A DNA stretch of 64,000 nucleotides from Cetorhinus maximus (GCF_964194155.1 NC_135891.1:78120001-78184000), one strand, 5' to 3'. Positions 23,801 to 37,858 are shown, counted from the stretch's first letter. Made by a program: numbers and translations. Notes: generated by a model from the letters alone, not told the origin.

Positions 23801-25140
23801 GCAACCCGTCCACCCTGTACAGGTCCCATCGACCCCAGAAATGGTCTCAATGTCCCAGAAATCTAAAGCCCTCCTTCCTGCACCATCTCTCCAGCCACGC
23901 ATTCATCTGGATTAACCTCCTATTTCTATACTCATTAGCGCGTGGCACTGGAAGTAATCCAGAGATTACTACCTTTGAGGCCTTGTTTTTTTGATCTGCT
24001 TCCTAGCTCCCTAATTTTTGCTTGCAGTAACTCACCCCTCTTACATATTGGCACCAACAACATAGGTAGTATCACAATCTCTGTCTGCTTGCCCTCCCCC
24101 TTTAGACGGCCCTGCAGCCGTTCAGTGACATCCTTGACCCTGGCACCAGGGAGGCATCATACCATCCTGGAGTCACGTCTATGGCTGCAGAAACACCTGT
24201 CTCTTACCCTTACCATCGAGTCTCCGACCACTATTGCTCCTCCCCTTTTTTTCCTCCCCCCGTGTGCAGCTGGGCCACTCAGAATGTCATGAGCATGGCT
24301 GCACTCCCCAGAGGAACCATCAGTCTCACCGTTTTCCAGCACAGAAAAACGGTTCTCGAGCGAGATGCACCCTGGGGATTTCCTGACTACCTGCCTGACA
24401 CCTTTCTCCTGATTGATGGTCACCCATTCCCTCTCTGTCTGCACTTCTGTAAGCTGTGGGGAGACCACGTCTAAGTACGTGCTATCCATGAACCCCTCAG
24501 CCTCGCGGATGCACCTCAGTGTCTCCAGCTGCCGCTCAAGCTCCGAAACTCGGAGGTCAAGTAGCTGCAGCTGGTGGCACTTCCTGCACACGTGGTCAGT
24601 CAGAGGGCAAGGAGCGACTAGGACTTTCCACATGTTGCAGGCGGTACAGAACACGTGACTGAGCTGCCCTGCCATGCCTCTAATTGAATAAAAACCTTTA
24701 CTTTAAGTTAAATACAGTAAAAAAATGTTAAATTATTTATGGTCTTTAAATAAAAACTATAACTCTTACCTTTCGTTAGCTTAATCTGTTTTAAACTGGA
24801 GAAAAAAAACTTAACCACTACTCACCAGTCAGCTCTCACCTTTGTGCTGACATCACTTTTTGAAGCTTCCCTGTACTCACGTTGGTTTTGATCTCTCCGC
24901 CGCTCTCTCATGCTGTGTTGTGATGTAACTCTCGTCGTTCTCAACAAGGACTGACTGCAGGACCCTCTTCCCAGACTGCTTCACCACGATGCTGACTGCA
25001 GGACACTCTTCCCAGACTGCTTCGCTATGATGCTGACTGCAGGACACTCTTCCCAGACTGCTTCACCACGATGCTGACTGCAGGACACTCTTCCCAGGCT
25101 GCTTCACCATGATGCTGACTGCAGGACACCCTTCCCAGAC
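20861..25140 (-). mobile_element. Near full-length degenerate CR1-type LINE (ORF1 zinc finger/leucine zipper/esterase; ORF2 EN+RT) downstream of copy 2
   Basis: ORF1 24157-24675 reads MAGQLSHVFCTACNMW...CRKC...LRVSELERQL...VVGDSMVR. ORF2 fragments include MGDFNFPNINW, KSPDPDEMYPRLL, VPEDWRTANVVPLFK, NYRPVSL and RPQLEYCMQF. The empty site is visible at about 8915-8930 and 53710-53725. Confidence 0.9.
24951..25140. repeat. 41-bp tandem repeat, about 4.6 units, at the CR1 5' end
   Basis: Unit ctgactgcaggacactcttcccagactgcttcaccrcgatg starts at 24951, 24992, 25033, 25074 and 25115. Confidence 0.95.
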
Positions 25141-27785
25141 CAGCTCTCTAACTAGAAAGTATTATATTTTCAGTATTTACTTTGCATTGCTTTTACTTAG
25201 TTACTTGAAAAGCCTTGATCAATTATGTAGGGATGACCAGTGCAGATGGTCAAGTGCATGTGAGTTTGTGGAGAGTATTGTGATACCAGGTAATCTGGAT
25301 CTTGGAGCCTTCCACTCAGTGTTTGAGCAGCCTTGGGTACAAACACTGCAGGGCATCAGGGGGAGTTACCTAAATGCTTTGAGGGAGGCTGTAACACTGA
25401 ATCCTACAGTACAGAATGAGGTCATCAGCCTGCCTATACCAGCTATTTGAACAAGCTAAGCCAATTTGTACCATTTTTCTCCCGCCCTAACACTGGGTCA
25501 GGTAGTCATGATCATCTTTGACCTGCAAGACCAGTAAGATGTTAAGTTTTGTTTGGAATCTGAAAACCCAGATACTTACTGAAAGAATGAAGTTTAAAGC
25601 ACAAATAAAAGAACATGCTTACTTAACTAAGTTAGCCTAGTTTCTGTTTAAAATACTTAAAATACAATGAACAGTCACTTATACTCTAAACCAAGCTTCT
25701 TAACTTCATCTTCCTGCTGCACCTGTTTGACTTACGCCCCCAACAATTAGTGTCCAATACTCATCAGAAACTGGAAAATTAACCATTTGGTGTGAGCACC
25801 ATTTTAAAAGGGGTGAGGTTTTCCCAGGCCCTTCCTCTTTGGTGAGGTTGTCCCTTCAAACCTCCCATCACATGGTTGTGGACTCCCTGTGTATCTCTAG
25901 CGTAAGTGTAACCATCTCTGGTCTGAACTCTCCTGGTTCTAATTCAGCTCTGGAGCCTTGTCTCTTCCCCATCGCCCTCTCAATAGTTTTAATCTGTTAG
26001 CCAACACAAGATTTCTACTGAATGCTGTATGAAAGATATTTCCTGCACCAAGGTTGTTTCTAAAAACCCTGTTTGAAACAACCACATCTAGGAGCCTACT
26101 TACCCCTATAATTGCATTGACACTTTCTATTGTTTATCTCCCAGGTGACCTGCTCACAATCATTTGCTGGAACCAATGTCCTTTACCAGAGTCCCTTTCT
26201 GACAACCCAGTTCGAAAAGGATTTTGGCTCCAACATAAAACAGTTTTTCTCCTGGAAACAAACACACATGGGCCATCACAGGCAGGAAGGTGAATGTGAG
26301 CTAGACAGGCACAGGGATCTCTGATGCAACACTGGAAGTGCTTTGCTGTCCAATCAACAGGTACAAAATTCTTGCTGTGTGCATGTATTTAAAAACAACA
26401 TGGTAATAGAAAAGCTGTCTGTGGTACAGGAGGCTATTCAAGTGGAAGTGTTAAACAAAATATAATAGATAATATAATCAAATGACAGATACTGTCCTCT
26501 ACAAGCACAACAAGCTGCATTGCCTGCTTCTTACCAGGATTCACTCTGTGGGGAAACAGGGTTTGCCTCACCAATGGCGACAGTCTGGGGAAAGGGAGAG
26601 TTGTTCTGTTGAACAGGCTCAACGCAAAACAAGCTGGGACCAGTATCCTGGTGAATTAAATGGTTATGGTGGTGGGGAGGGAGCAGATGAAGTTCTAGTC
26701 TTCCCCCCCAAAGAGGAAACATTCTGCTGCTATCCATTCAATCAATTCCATCAGGATCCTCTATGTTTAAATAAAGTCACCTCTCATTCTTCTAAATTCC
26801 AATGAATAGAGGCCCAACCTATTCAAACTTTCTTCATAAGATAAGCTCTTCATCCCATGGATGAATCGAGTGAACTTTTTCTGAACTGCTTCAAATGCAA
26901 TTATATGTTTTTTCAAATAAGGTGATGCAAAACTGTAGACACTATTCCAGATGTGGTCTCATCAAAGAGCTGTACAGCTGCAGTAAACCTTCACTACTTT
27001 TATATTCCATTCCTCTTGAAATAAATCATGTAACTGTTATAGTGCAGCATGAGGCCATTCAGCCCATTGTATGTGTACTGGCCTCTTGACACAGGGCCAT
27101 CTGTTATTTGTTTCCATGTTGTGCTTTCACAGAGCGCTGACCCTTGCTCTGCTATTAACACATTCTGCTCTCTTATCTTTGTGCCACTATCAGCACCTTC
27201 TTTACTCTTCACCATGACCATTAACACTCCCTTTGCCTTGTGTCCATGACATCTTTGTCAATCTCTCCTTAGCTGTCACCTATCCCTGACCTTCTATCTC
27301 ATTCCACTTGCTCCACCCCCTCTTTAATAGTATAAAATCCATCGTATTTCTACTTCTCTTTATCTCTGACGAAGGGTCAAGGAAAAGACTCATTGCCTAA
27401 TTGGATGATGCTTGACTCTCAGCCAAACAGCCTTTTTTCCCCCCCAGTTTCAATATTTTTATATATGGGATGGAGAAATGTTGAAAGAAAATTTAAAAAG
27501 AACTGTCTCTTTTATGATTTGTCTCCAGGTTTGTACAGCAGTGTCTTGGAGATTGACCTTCAATTTGTGGACACTCCAGGCCAATCCTTGAGGGTTGGCA
27601 ACACTACCCTAGAGTAGCGCACTATAGGGAGATGGTGGTGCCATTATACATCTGTCTATATTTTGCTTTCATATCCCGCAGGGAAGCTCCAAGTGTAACT
27701 GTCTATAGTGGAACAGACTTGAGTCCCCGGGGGTCAGTTGCTAAAGTGTCATTTGGAGCAGGAATCTCGCACTAACCCTGGGGAA

Positions 27786-27901
27786 CCAATGGAGACGGGC
27801 TGACGGCTCGGGCTTATTAAACATGCTGAATACCTTCCCGGGTAACCCGTGGGACAGGGAACCGCCCCAATGGGATTGGCCCCCAGTTCCCGGCTATAAA
27901 A
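27786..27901 (+). promoter_or_regulatory. Copy 3 promoter (complete)
   Basis: CCAAT 27786-27790, CCAAT-GGG-ATTGG from 27867, TATAAAA 27895-27901. Confidence 0.7.
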
Positions 27902-27946
27902 CGGGCTGGTGTGCGGGGATGTGATTATCCTGATTCAGTAACTGAG

Positions 27947-30900
27947 ATGGGACGTTGGGTGTTTTGTTGGTCTCTCTGCTTCTTAGCCGGGTCTTTACTC
28001 CCAGCCCAGCCGCTACTTCTCGGGGATGATGTTTGTGTCCCAGAGCCAGGCTGGAGATTTGAATGCGGACGCCCCGGGATCAGCAGCAGTGAGTGTACCA
28101 GTCAGGGTTGCTGCTTTGACCCGCAGAGCCCCAATGACCATCCCTGTTTCTACAGTCTGAGAAACAGCCCAGGTAACAAACCCCCTCGCGATTCTAGGGG
28201 GAAATACTGGGGGGAGGGGGGAGAGAGGAGAAAATCTAACTTGTAGATCAGGAGCTGATCCAAGGATTTGTTGCGGTCTCATTGTGTAATGAAGAAAGGT
28301 AGGAATGGAGGCAGACCTCGGCTAGAGTCCTGACTGATGCAACTGACTAGATTGGGCGGGTTGTGGCTTCCTTAATGAAACCAATTGTTCCTTGGGGTGG
28401 GTTGGGGAACTGTTTTACAATATTGGGTATGATGAGAAAATGGTAACTTTAGTAATCTTTGCAGAAGTTCTACAATGAATGACCCTATACTAATGCTGAA
28501 CTATTTATCCCTTTAGTGGAATCCTAATCGGACATTTTCATCCATGATGGCAGTAAATAGCAAACCTGAAGATTTTCCATCTGAATTTTGGTGTAGGTTA
28601 CATTTACTCAGTCATGCTGCTTGTAATAGTCTATAGATTTCCAAATAGCGAGGTGTGGAAGAACAAATCTGAAGGGAAACCACAGGTGTGCAGCAATGCT
28701 GATATTGGGGGGCTTTAACATTACACTGTACACCAAACAATATATGGAAATTAATGAAGGGGAGGCATTCCTGAACTATGTTCAGGAGGACTTCTGTGAT
28801 CAGTGTTCCTGGCCCAAATAGACAAGAGGTGTTTCTGGTGCTGGAAAATAGAGGTGGGCCAATTGTGTGATGTCTCTTGGGAGCGTCTGGGTAAGAGTGA
28901 TCACTGCATCACTGGGTTTAAATTAATAAGGACAAATGAGGAACATTCTAATACTGAACTTCAAAATTGGAGTAGTGAACTTCAATATAGTGAGGAAGGA
29001 TGTAACTAGAGACTTTAACAGAGGAGAATTTAACAGAACAATGGGTTGTCTTTCAGAAAGACACTTTAGGTACATTGCAAAAACAGTGAAAGGTAAGGGA
29101 GCCAAAATGACTGCTTGGATGATGAGAGGGTGTATGATGCATGTTGGGTGACTTTTCTAGTTTTTTTTTTGAAAACAAGTCACATACAATAGGCTGAGGT
29201 GAAGAGGAGAATGAGACTAGAAGAGGCATTGAGAATAGAATGGCAGTCAACATAAAAAAGGAGCTCTAATCTTTTACCAGCATGAAAATAGTAAGAGTGG
29301 TGCCCCTATATGCTTAGGAGGTGCAGGGGAAGGCTAGAATACTTGAACACCAATACAAAGTAGTCACTATTAAAGAAGGCGAATCTCTTTGAATATTGGC
29401 AGGAGTGGAGGTAGTGTGGAAATTGAAGGGGAAGAGTTACTAGAAAGATTGGCTATGCTTGAGGTGCTAAGTCACCCAGTCAGATGGCTTGTATTGCAGG
29501 TTGTTAAAGGAAATGGAGGTGGGGACAGATTATGGTAAACCCTTTCACTTTTGATTCCCCTAAATCTGGGGAGATGTTGGAGGATTGGAATGTGATGCCC
29601 TTTATTCTGTAAGTCTGAATCACTACATGACGGTTAAAAGAATATCAGTTGTATTTAATTTTTTTCCTGATTTAGATTCCAAAACCTTAACAGATGCTTG
29701 GTGAGGCTAGAAATTAAGGAGAAATGGCGTTTTTGGGGTAAAAAGGCAGATTGTGCTTGAGAGAGTGTAGTGAATGCTGACTGTAGATTTTTAGGAAGCA
29801 TTTGACAAAAGGCTGGTTGATGAAGAATTGGATCTTCCTGGAAGAAGTCAGCAGAATGGGCAGAGAAGTGACAGATGGAATTTGAAGTGAGATGGTGCAG
29901 TTTGGCAGAAGGATTAGGGAGGCAATTCTGAAGTGTGCAGGGACTTGGGGAAGGGGGTGCATGTGAATCTATTGTTGAGGATGATTGGGTGTAGAGTAAT
30001 TGGTAAAGTAGATGGAACATTGGGCTTTGCTTCTCGAAAGCAGGTAAGTTGTGGTGAACCTTTGTAAAGCTCTAGTTAGGCCACAACTAGTTCAGTTTTA
30101 GGGAGTGTGAAGGTTCTTAAGGGTGCAGAGGTGACTTTACTAAGATTCTGGGGTTGGTGTTGGGAAAGCTGGGCTTCTTGAAGCAGAAGATATTGTATGG
30201 ATTTTGGGTGTACAAGATTATGATGGGCCCAGGTAAGGTAGACCAGAGGACTGGTCCCATTAACTGATCCTAAGGACTAGGGGCATAGATTAAGGATCTT
30301 GTTCAAGAGAATGTGAGGAAGTGTTTATTTTGTGCAGCAAGTGGTAGTGCCCTGGAACCCTGTCTGCAGGGGTGGTGGAAGCAGCAAATAGTGTTGGTTT
30401 TTAGAAGAAATTTGGATGGGCAGTTGGGCATCAAGCTGGGGAGTGGGACTAACTGCACTATGGGAAGCTGGCATGGACTTGATGAGCTGAATGGTCTCCT
30501 GTGCTGTAAGTGACTCTTATGACCTTTCAACTCTTCAGTTGAAATGAAGTTAACTTGTAGAACTGGTAATGTCATTGGTAATTCAAGGCACTGCAGATCG
30601 GCCCAGTTGAGTCACTGCATTTAAGGGGACTAGAGCTATTTGTGGCTGTGACTGAAGCCTCCAATGATATGAGGCCCCTAACCACCAATAGGAGCAGTGG
30701 AAATGAATTTTTATTCCTTTTTGCAGTGTGCACAGCAGATGGTCAGTTCATCATAGTGATCTCCAAGAATCTGACCCGTCCTGCCCTCAACCTGTCGTCT
30801 CTGTATGTGAAAGATGGGCAAGAAGCTGAGTGCAGGCCTAAACTAACCACTGGGCAACTTGTGGCCTTCCGCTTTCCAATCACCTCTTGTGGCTCAAGCA

Positions 30901-33900
30901 AGTGGGTGAGTATTGAAGGGCCAAGCATTCTCCCAGTAAATGAGGCAGCTTCCTATTAAACAGTGTCCTCATTACAGGAGGGAAATGGAACCTTGGTGTA
31001 TGAAACGGCTGTCTTGGGGAAGAGGATGATTCAGACTGGGAAGCTGGGCTCAATAACCCGGGACAGCACCTTCCGGTAGGAGGATGGTGGGAGATGTTGG
31101 TAAGGGGTGGGAATGGTGGTAATGCATGAAGCTCAACTACTTCTGTTTCTGTGCAGCCTGAATGTCCAGTGCAAGTACAAGGGGAGGCAGGAAACAGGCT
31201 TGCAGGTCAATGTCACAGTTTACACTGTTTCTCCTCCACCTCCTGCTTCTGAAGATGGGATTTTGAAACTGGAACTGCGAATAGCAAAAGGTAGAGCTGC
31301 CCTCGGTAATGGTGAATGGAAGCACTGGGAATGTATCCATACAGGGAGTGACTAGTCCTTGTGTCTGCCTTTCAGATGGTGATTACAGATCCTGGTATGT
31401 AGATAGTGACTACCCCATCCAGCATGTTCTTCAGGACCCAGTGTTTGTGGAGGTTCGTGTCCTTGATCGCACGGACCCAATGATTGTCCTGAGGTTGCGT
31501 GACTGCTGGGCAACTCCTGTCCCAGCCCCAAACCATGAGGTGCAATGGAGTCTATTGGTGGATGGGTAAGGAATATGAATGGAAAGACTAATGTTGGAAG
31601 TTCGTAGTAATAATGGACAAGGATCAAACTTGTTCTAAATCTAAGCGATGTGATAAGACTGCTTCCTACCCCAATCACCCAGGAGAGTCAAAACCGAGGG
31701 CCTAGGACAATTCAATCCAATCCAGGAGGCCAAATGGTGAAGAAATTTGCGTTCAAGTGGAATCTCCCCAATCAGGAACTAGTGTCATGTCTTGAATTGC
31801 AGAGCCAGCACCCAGAGCTCCTGATAGGTTGTACCCATAAAAGTGGTTCTAGTACTCCATATATCATTGTAAATGACAGGTATCCCTTAATTTTGTGCTG
31901 CATAATTTCAGTAATAGAATTCATACACTTTTTGTTTTGGCTCCAGTTTATCTCCATTAGTCATGAACATTGGTGTCCTTCAGTATTATTCCACTACACT
32001 GGGAGAGCCAGCTTACTAATTGGCAAAACTTCATGAAAGAATGGGCTCAACTCTGGAGCTCTTGTCACCACTGTCCAAAACTACTTTTGAGGTCCTAACA
32101 GTAGATCAGATACCTGTTCCCAGATCTCTCTGACTGATCCCTCCTGTTACAGGTGCCCCTATGAGGCTGATGACTATCAGACTCTCCTACACCCAGTGGA
32201 TGTGTTTTCTGGCCTCATGTTCCCAATTCATCACAAGCGGTTTGAAGTGAAGACTTTTGTTTTCTTGGATGGAGAGTCTGAGCAGCCTCTCTCTGAACAG
32301 GTAACCAAATTGAATGAAGTCAACCAATTGCTCCCTTACTGGCTACTGGTTCCTTTTGTATAGCAGCCTGGTTCATCTATCTAGACAGAGCTCACTCTAA
32401 ATTAACTCCTTGCCTTCTAGGTTTACCTGCATTGCAGTGCTGATGTTTGCTCTCCTTCTGCTGAGGATGACTGCACACCCAAATGTGGCCCAAGTGAGTT
32501 CCTTGTTTTAATCTCTTATTGAATCAGGATTACCTCAGCCTCCTAAAGCAACACTTCCCTTTTGAAGTGTCTAGTGTCCTGTGACTAGGGGTTTCTCTTC
32601 AATGCCTCTCATTGTGAACAGATAGAAACATAGAATAATAGAAAATAAGAGCAGGAGTAGGCCATTCGGCTCTCTGAGCCTGCTCCGCCATGTGTTATGA
32701 TCATGGCTGATTCAACTCAATATCCTGCTTTCTCCCCATATCCTTTGATCCCCTTTGCCCCAAGAGCTATATCTAACTCCTTGAAAAGATACAATATTTT
32801 GGCCTCAATACTTTCTGTGGTAGTAAATTCCACAGGCTCACCAATCTCTGGGTGAAGAAATTTCTCCTCATCTCAGTCTTAAATGGTCTACCCTATATCC
32901 TCAGACTGGCCCTTGGTTCTGGACTCCCCCACATCCTTTGTGTATCTACCCTGTCTAGTCCTGTTAGAAGTTTATAGGTTTGAGATCCCCTTCATTCTTA
33001 ACTCCAGCAAATATAATCCTAACCAACTCCATTTCTCCTCATATGTCAGTCCTGCCAACCCAGGAATCAGTCTGGTAAACCTTCACTGCACTCCCTTGAT
33101 AGCAAGAACATCCTTCCTCCGATAAGGAGACCAAAAGTGCACACAATATTCCAGGTGTGGTCTCACCAAGGCCCTGAGTAATTGCAGCAAGACATCCCTG
33201 CCCCTGTCCTCGAATCCTCTCGTTATGAAGGCCAACATACCATTTACCACCTTTACTGCCTGCTGCACCTGCATGCTTGCCTTCAGCGACTGGTGTACAA
33301 AGACACCCATATCTCATTGCACATTCCCCTTGCTGAATTTATAACCATTCAGATAATAATCTGCCTTCCTATTTTTGCTACCAAAGTGGATAACCTCACA
33401 TTTATCCACATTATACTGCATCTGCCCACTCACTCAGCTTGTCCAAATCAGTGAAGCAGCTCTGCATCCTCCTCACAGCTCACCCTCCCAACCAGCTTTG
33501 TCACCTGCAAATTTGGAGATATTACATTTAAATCGTTAATATATATATTGTGAATAGTTGGCAATCCCTGTGGTACCCCACTGCCTGCCATTTGGAAAAA
33601 GACCTGTTTATTCCTACTCTTTGTTTCCTGTCTGCCAACCAGTTTTCTATCCATGTCAATACACTACCCCCAATCTCATGTGCTTTAATTTTGCGTACTA
33701 ATCTCTTATGTGGCACTTTGTCAAAAGCCTTCTGAAAGTCCAAATAAACCACATCCACTAGCTCCCCCTCATCAACTCTACTAATTACATCTTAAAAATT
33801 CCAGTAGATTTGTCAAGCATGATTTCCCTTTCATAAATCCATGCTGACTGGCTCATTCTGCCACTGTTTTCCAAGTGCTCAACTATTAAATCTTTTATAA

Positions 33901-36900
33901 TGGACTCTAGAATTTTCCCCACTACCGATGTCAGGCTGACTGGTCTAATAATTCCATTTTCTCTATACCTCACTTTTTAAATAGTGGGGTTACCATAGAT
34001 CCATAGAAAATTTGCAGCACAGAAGTAACATTTCCTATCCTCCAGTCTGTAGGAACTCTTCCAGAGTCTAGAATCTTGAAGATGACCACCAATGCATCCG
34101 CTATTTCTAGGGCCACTTCCGTCGTACTCTGATGTAGATTATCAGGCCCTGGGCCTGATCAGCCTTCAATCCCATCAATTTCCCCAACACCATTTCTCTG
34201 CTAATACTGACGTTTTTTTTCAGTTCCTCCCTCTCTAAACCCTGTGTTCACCAACATTTCTGGTATGATATTTGTGGCCTCCTTTGTGAAGACAGAACCA
34301 AAGTATGTATTTAGTTGGTCAGCCATTTCTTTGTTTTCCCCATTATAAATTTCCCTGTTTCTGACTGTAAGGGACCTACATTTGTCTTCAATCTTTTTCT
34401 CTTCACATACCTATAGGAACTTTTGCAGTCAGTTTTTATGTTCCCTGCAAGCTTACACTCATACTCTATTTTCCCCATCTTAATCAATCCCTTGGTCCTC
34501 CTTTGCTGAATTCTATACTGCTCCCAATCCTCAGTTCTGTTTTTTCTGGCCAATTTGTATGCCTCTTCCTTGGATCTAATACCAATTTCCCTTGTAAGCC
34601 ATGGTTTGGCCACCTTTCCTGTTTTACGTTTGTGCCAGACAGGAATAAACAATTGTTGCAGTTCACCCATGCGCTCTTTGAATCTTTGCCATTGCCTATC
34701 CACCTTTAAGTAACATTTCCCAATCCATCATAGCTAACTCATGCCTCATACCATCGTAGTTTCCTTTATTAAGATTCAGGACCTTAGTCTCAGAATCAAC
34801 TATGTCACTGTCCATCTTGAAGAATTCTATCGTATTATGGTCGCTCATCCCTAAGGGGCCTTGCACAACTAGATTATCAATTATTCCTTTCTCATTACAC
34901 AATACCCAGTCTAGGATGGTCTGTTCTCTAGTTATTCCTCAATGTATTGGTCCAGAAAACCATCCCGTATACACTCCAGGAATTCCTCCTTTACAGTATT
35001 GTTACTAATTTGATTTGCCCAATCTATATGCAGATTAAAGTCACCCATAATTACAGATGTTCCTTTATTGCATGTGTCTAATTTCCTGTTTCATGCTATT
35101 CCCAACATCACTACAGTTTGGGGGGGTCTATATACAACCCCCACTAACATTTTTTTGCCCCTTAGTGTTTCTCAGCTCTATCCATACAGATTCCATGTCA
35201 GAATTAATATCTTTCCTCACTATTGTGTTAATTTCCTCTTTAACCAGCAATGCAACTCCACCACCTTTTCCTTTTTGTCTGTCCTTCCTAAATACTGAAT
35301 ACCCCTGGATGTTCAGTTCCCATCTCTGGTCACCCTGCAGCCATATCTCTGTAATCCTGACTATATCATACCTGTTTACATTTATTTGCATTGTTAATTC
35401 ATGCACTGTATTGCAAATGCTCCTCGCATTAAGGCACAAAGCCTTGAGGATTGTCTTTTTACATTACTCATCCCATTCCCACTTTCCCACTGAGGCCCTG
35501 TTTGATTCTTGCCCTTGATTTCTCTATCACTTTTCTTATTCCCCCTTCTGTCCTGGTTCTTGTCCTTGATTCCCCCTCCTCTGACTCCTTGCATAGGTTC
35601 CCATCCCCCTGCCATTTTAGTTTAAACCCTTCCGAACCACCCTAGCAAATATTCCCCCTAGGACATCAGTCCTGGCCCTGCCCAAGTGTAACACATCCAA
35701 TTTGTGCTGGTCCCATCTCCCCCAAAACCAGTCCCAATGTCCCAGGAATCTGAAACCCTCCCTGTCACACCACCTCTTCAGCCACATATTTATCCATATA
35801 TCCTGCTATTTCTATGTTGACTGGCACATTGCACTGGTAGCAATCCTGAGATCACTACCTTTTTTGAGGTCCTACTTTTCAACTCCCTCTATTCTGCTTT
35901 TAGGACCTCATCCCTTTAACTGTTGTTTGTACCAATGTGTACCATGACCACTGGCTGTTCACACCCACCCCCCGCCCCCTTCAGAATGTCCTACAGCCAC
36001 TCTGAGATAACCTTGACCCTAGGACCAGGAGGCAACATATCATCCTGGAGTCTCATTTACAGGCACAGAAATGCCTGTCTACTGCCCTTACAATTGAATC
36101 ACTGATAACTATTGCATTCCCACTTTTTTTTACTCCTCCCCTGTGCAGCAGAGCCAACCATGGTGCAACAAATTTGGCTGTTGCTGTGTTCCCTGAGGCC
36201 ATTCCCCCAACAGTATCCAAAGCAGTATATTTGTTTTGCAGGGGAATAGCCACAGGAGATTCCTGCACTGCCTGCCTAGTCCTCTTGCTCTGCCTGGTGG
36301 TCACCCAATCCCTTCCTGTCTGTGGACTCTGGGCCTGTGGTGTGGCCACCTCTCTATATGAGCTATACACAATACTCTCCACCTCACGGATGCTCCAGTA
36401 TCACCAGCTGCTGCTCCAGCTCTGAAACTTGGGCTTCCAGGAGCTGCAAGTAGAAACACTTCCTGCACACATGCTAGCACTAGAAATGTTCCCAGCTTTC
36501 CATGTAGAGCAGGAGGAGCACACCACAGCTTTGAGCTCTCCTGCCATGACTTACCCCTTTTAAATTGAACCTTTTGGAAGATGCTTAATACCAAATATCA
36601 ATTACTCTAGGGCCCTTTTTCCCTGCTCCTTGTTAAAGAATATAACCCTTGCAAAAGATGAACCACAAAATAAGACCTTAAACTATAAGCAATAAGTAGT
36701 AAATACTTACTTGACTGTACTCAAAAGGATCACCTTGTTCCCTCCTCACACCAACTTAAGCACTCTACTGCAGCCAAAGCAGTAATGGGAAATGCCTTTC
36801 TATAAATGGGTGCTCTGGCTCTTTGGAATATCTGGAGCCAGACTGCATCCTTCTTGATGCCCATTTGTTGCAAACATAGGCCTGGTCAGCAAAAAGCAGG

Positions 36901-37846
36901 GGTGCCATTAACTTCAAGAACCTAGTTGGAGATCCAGCAATCTGTAGTGATGAATTTTATTCCATTGCATGCAAAATGATGTGTAGTGTTCTTAATGGAT
37001 TCCCAGCATGGAGCTGTGGTGTCATCAATACATAAACAATCTCAACTTTCAATTAAATGCTTTAGAAGAAAGACCAGAACAGTGAAGTTTGATATTTCAG
37101 CTACGTTCAATCAACAGGCCTTTAACAGCAATCCAGAGTCTTCAGGGCAAGTTTGTTCATCAGTTATTTCTCAGCATTATACCCCTTGAAGCTTAACTAT
37201 AGTTTCTAATAGCCATGATGGTGGGAAAGCTCTCTCCAGAATGGAGTTCATTGCTTGGTCAGAGTGCAGTGTGGCAGAATGGTGAATGACAGATGTGATT
37301 TCTTCTTTTATCTGCACTTGCAGTAAAACTGTAGTTGTGCTCAGACTGAGGGGTAAGCACTTGCTGTCAAACTCTGCAAATTGCTAACTTTGAGTAGGGA
37401 GTGTAGATAATTTCTTTTCAACTTTGCTTAGATACTCAAATCACATGCTGTTTGCTAGTTCTCCCTCTTAGGAGATTGGTATCTGAATTGGGTCAGGACT
37501 TTACTAACTTCTCTTTTCAACAGAGAGACGCAGGAGTACCAGTGACCATGAGGGAATATTAGTGAGTGCTCCTGGTCCTATCATTTTCCTGGAAGACCAT
37601 CTTTCTTCAGAACTACATGAAGCAAATGGTAAGTAGAGCCTTTTCACTAGGTCACCTGTGAACTCTCTCTCAGATATAATGTCTTCTAATCTCCCAATAG
37701 GCGCTGCTGAGTCTCCTTCTTGGGTTCTACAAGGAGCAGCTGTTGGATTCATGATGGTGTCTCTGTCCCTGCTGGTGGTGATGGCTGCCGTGTATATGAA
37801 GAGACCAAAAGCTGTTGTGTCTCAATGTGGTGAAATTGAACTGTAG
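27947..37846 (+). CDS. ZP4: Zona pellucida sperm-binding protein 4-like (ZPB class), copy 3, intact, 432 aa
   Basis: Exons 27947-28172, 30727-30905, 30978-31075, 31157-31290, 31376-31565, 32153-32300, 32421-32493, 37524-37628 (one His codon shorter) and 37701-37846. All junctions are GT-AG, the frame is open, and all 6 trefoil and 10 ZP cysteines are present. Confidence 0.9.
32624..36783 (-). mobile_element. Near full-length degenerate CR1-type LINE in copy 3 intron 7
   Basis: ORF1 starts near 36547 (MAGELKAVVCSSC). ORF2 motifs include CLNARSI.N, YDIV.ITE.WL, GGGVALLVK, MSDHNTIEF, VVYLDFQKAFDKVPH and LVRPHLEYCVHFWSP. The empty site (gaacagatcctccaatgggaa) is seen in copies 1 and 4. Confidence 0.9.
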
Positions 37847-37852
37847 ATCCTG

Positions 37853-37858
37853 AATAAA
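37853..37858 (+). terminator. Polyadenylation signal, copy 3
   Basis: AATAAA just after the stop codon. Confidence 0.65.

Noticed and set aside
22165-24658. Plus-strand ORFs over the CR1 elements (also 39582-41840 and 48345-49599)
   Set aside because: Antisense shadows of LINE ORF1/ORF2 with no independent coding features.
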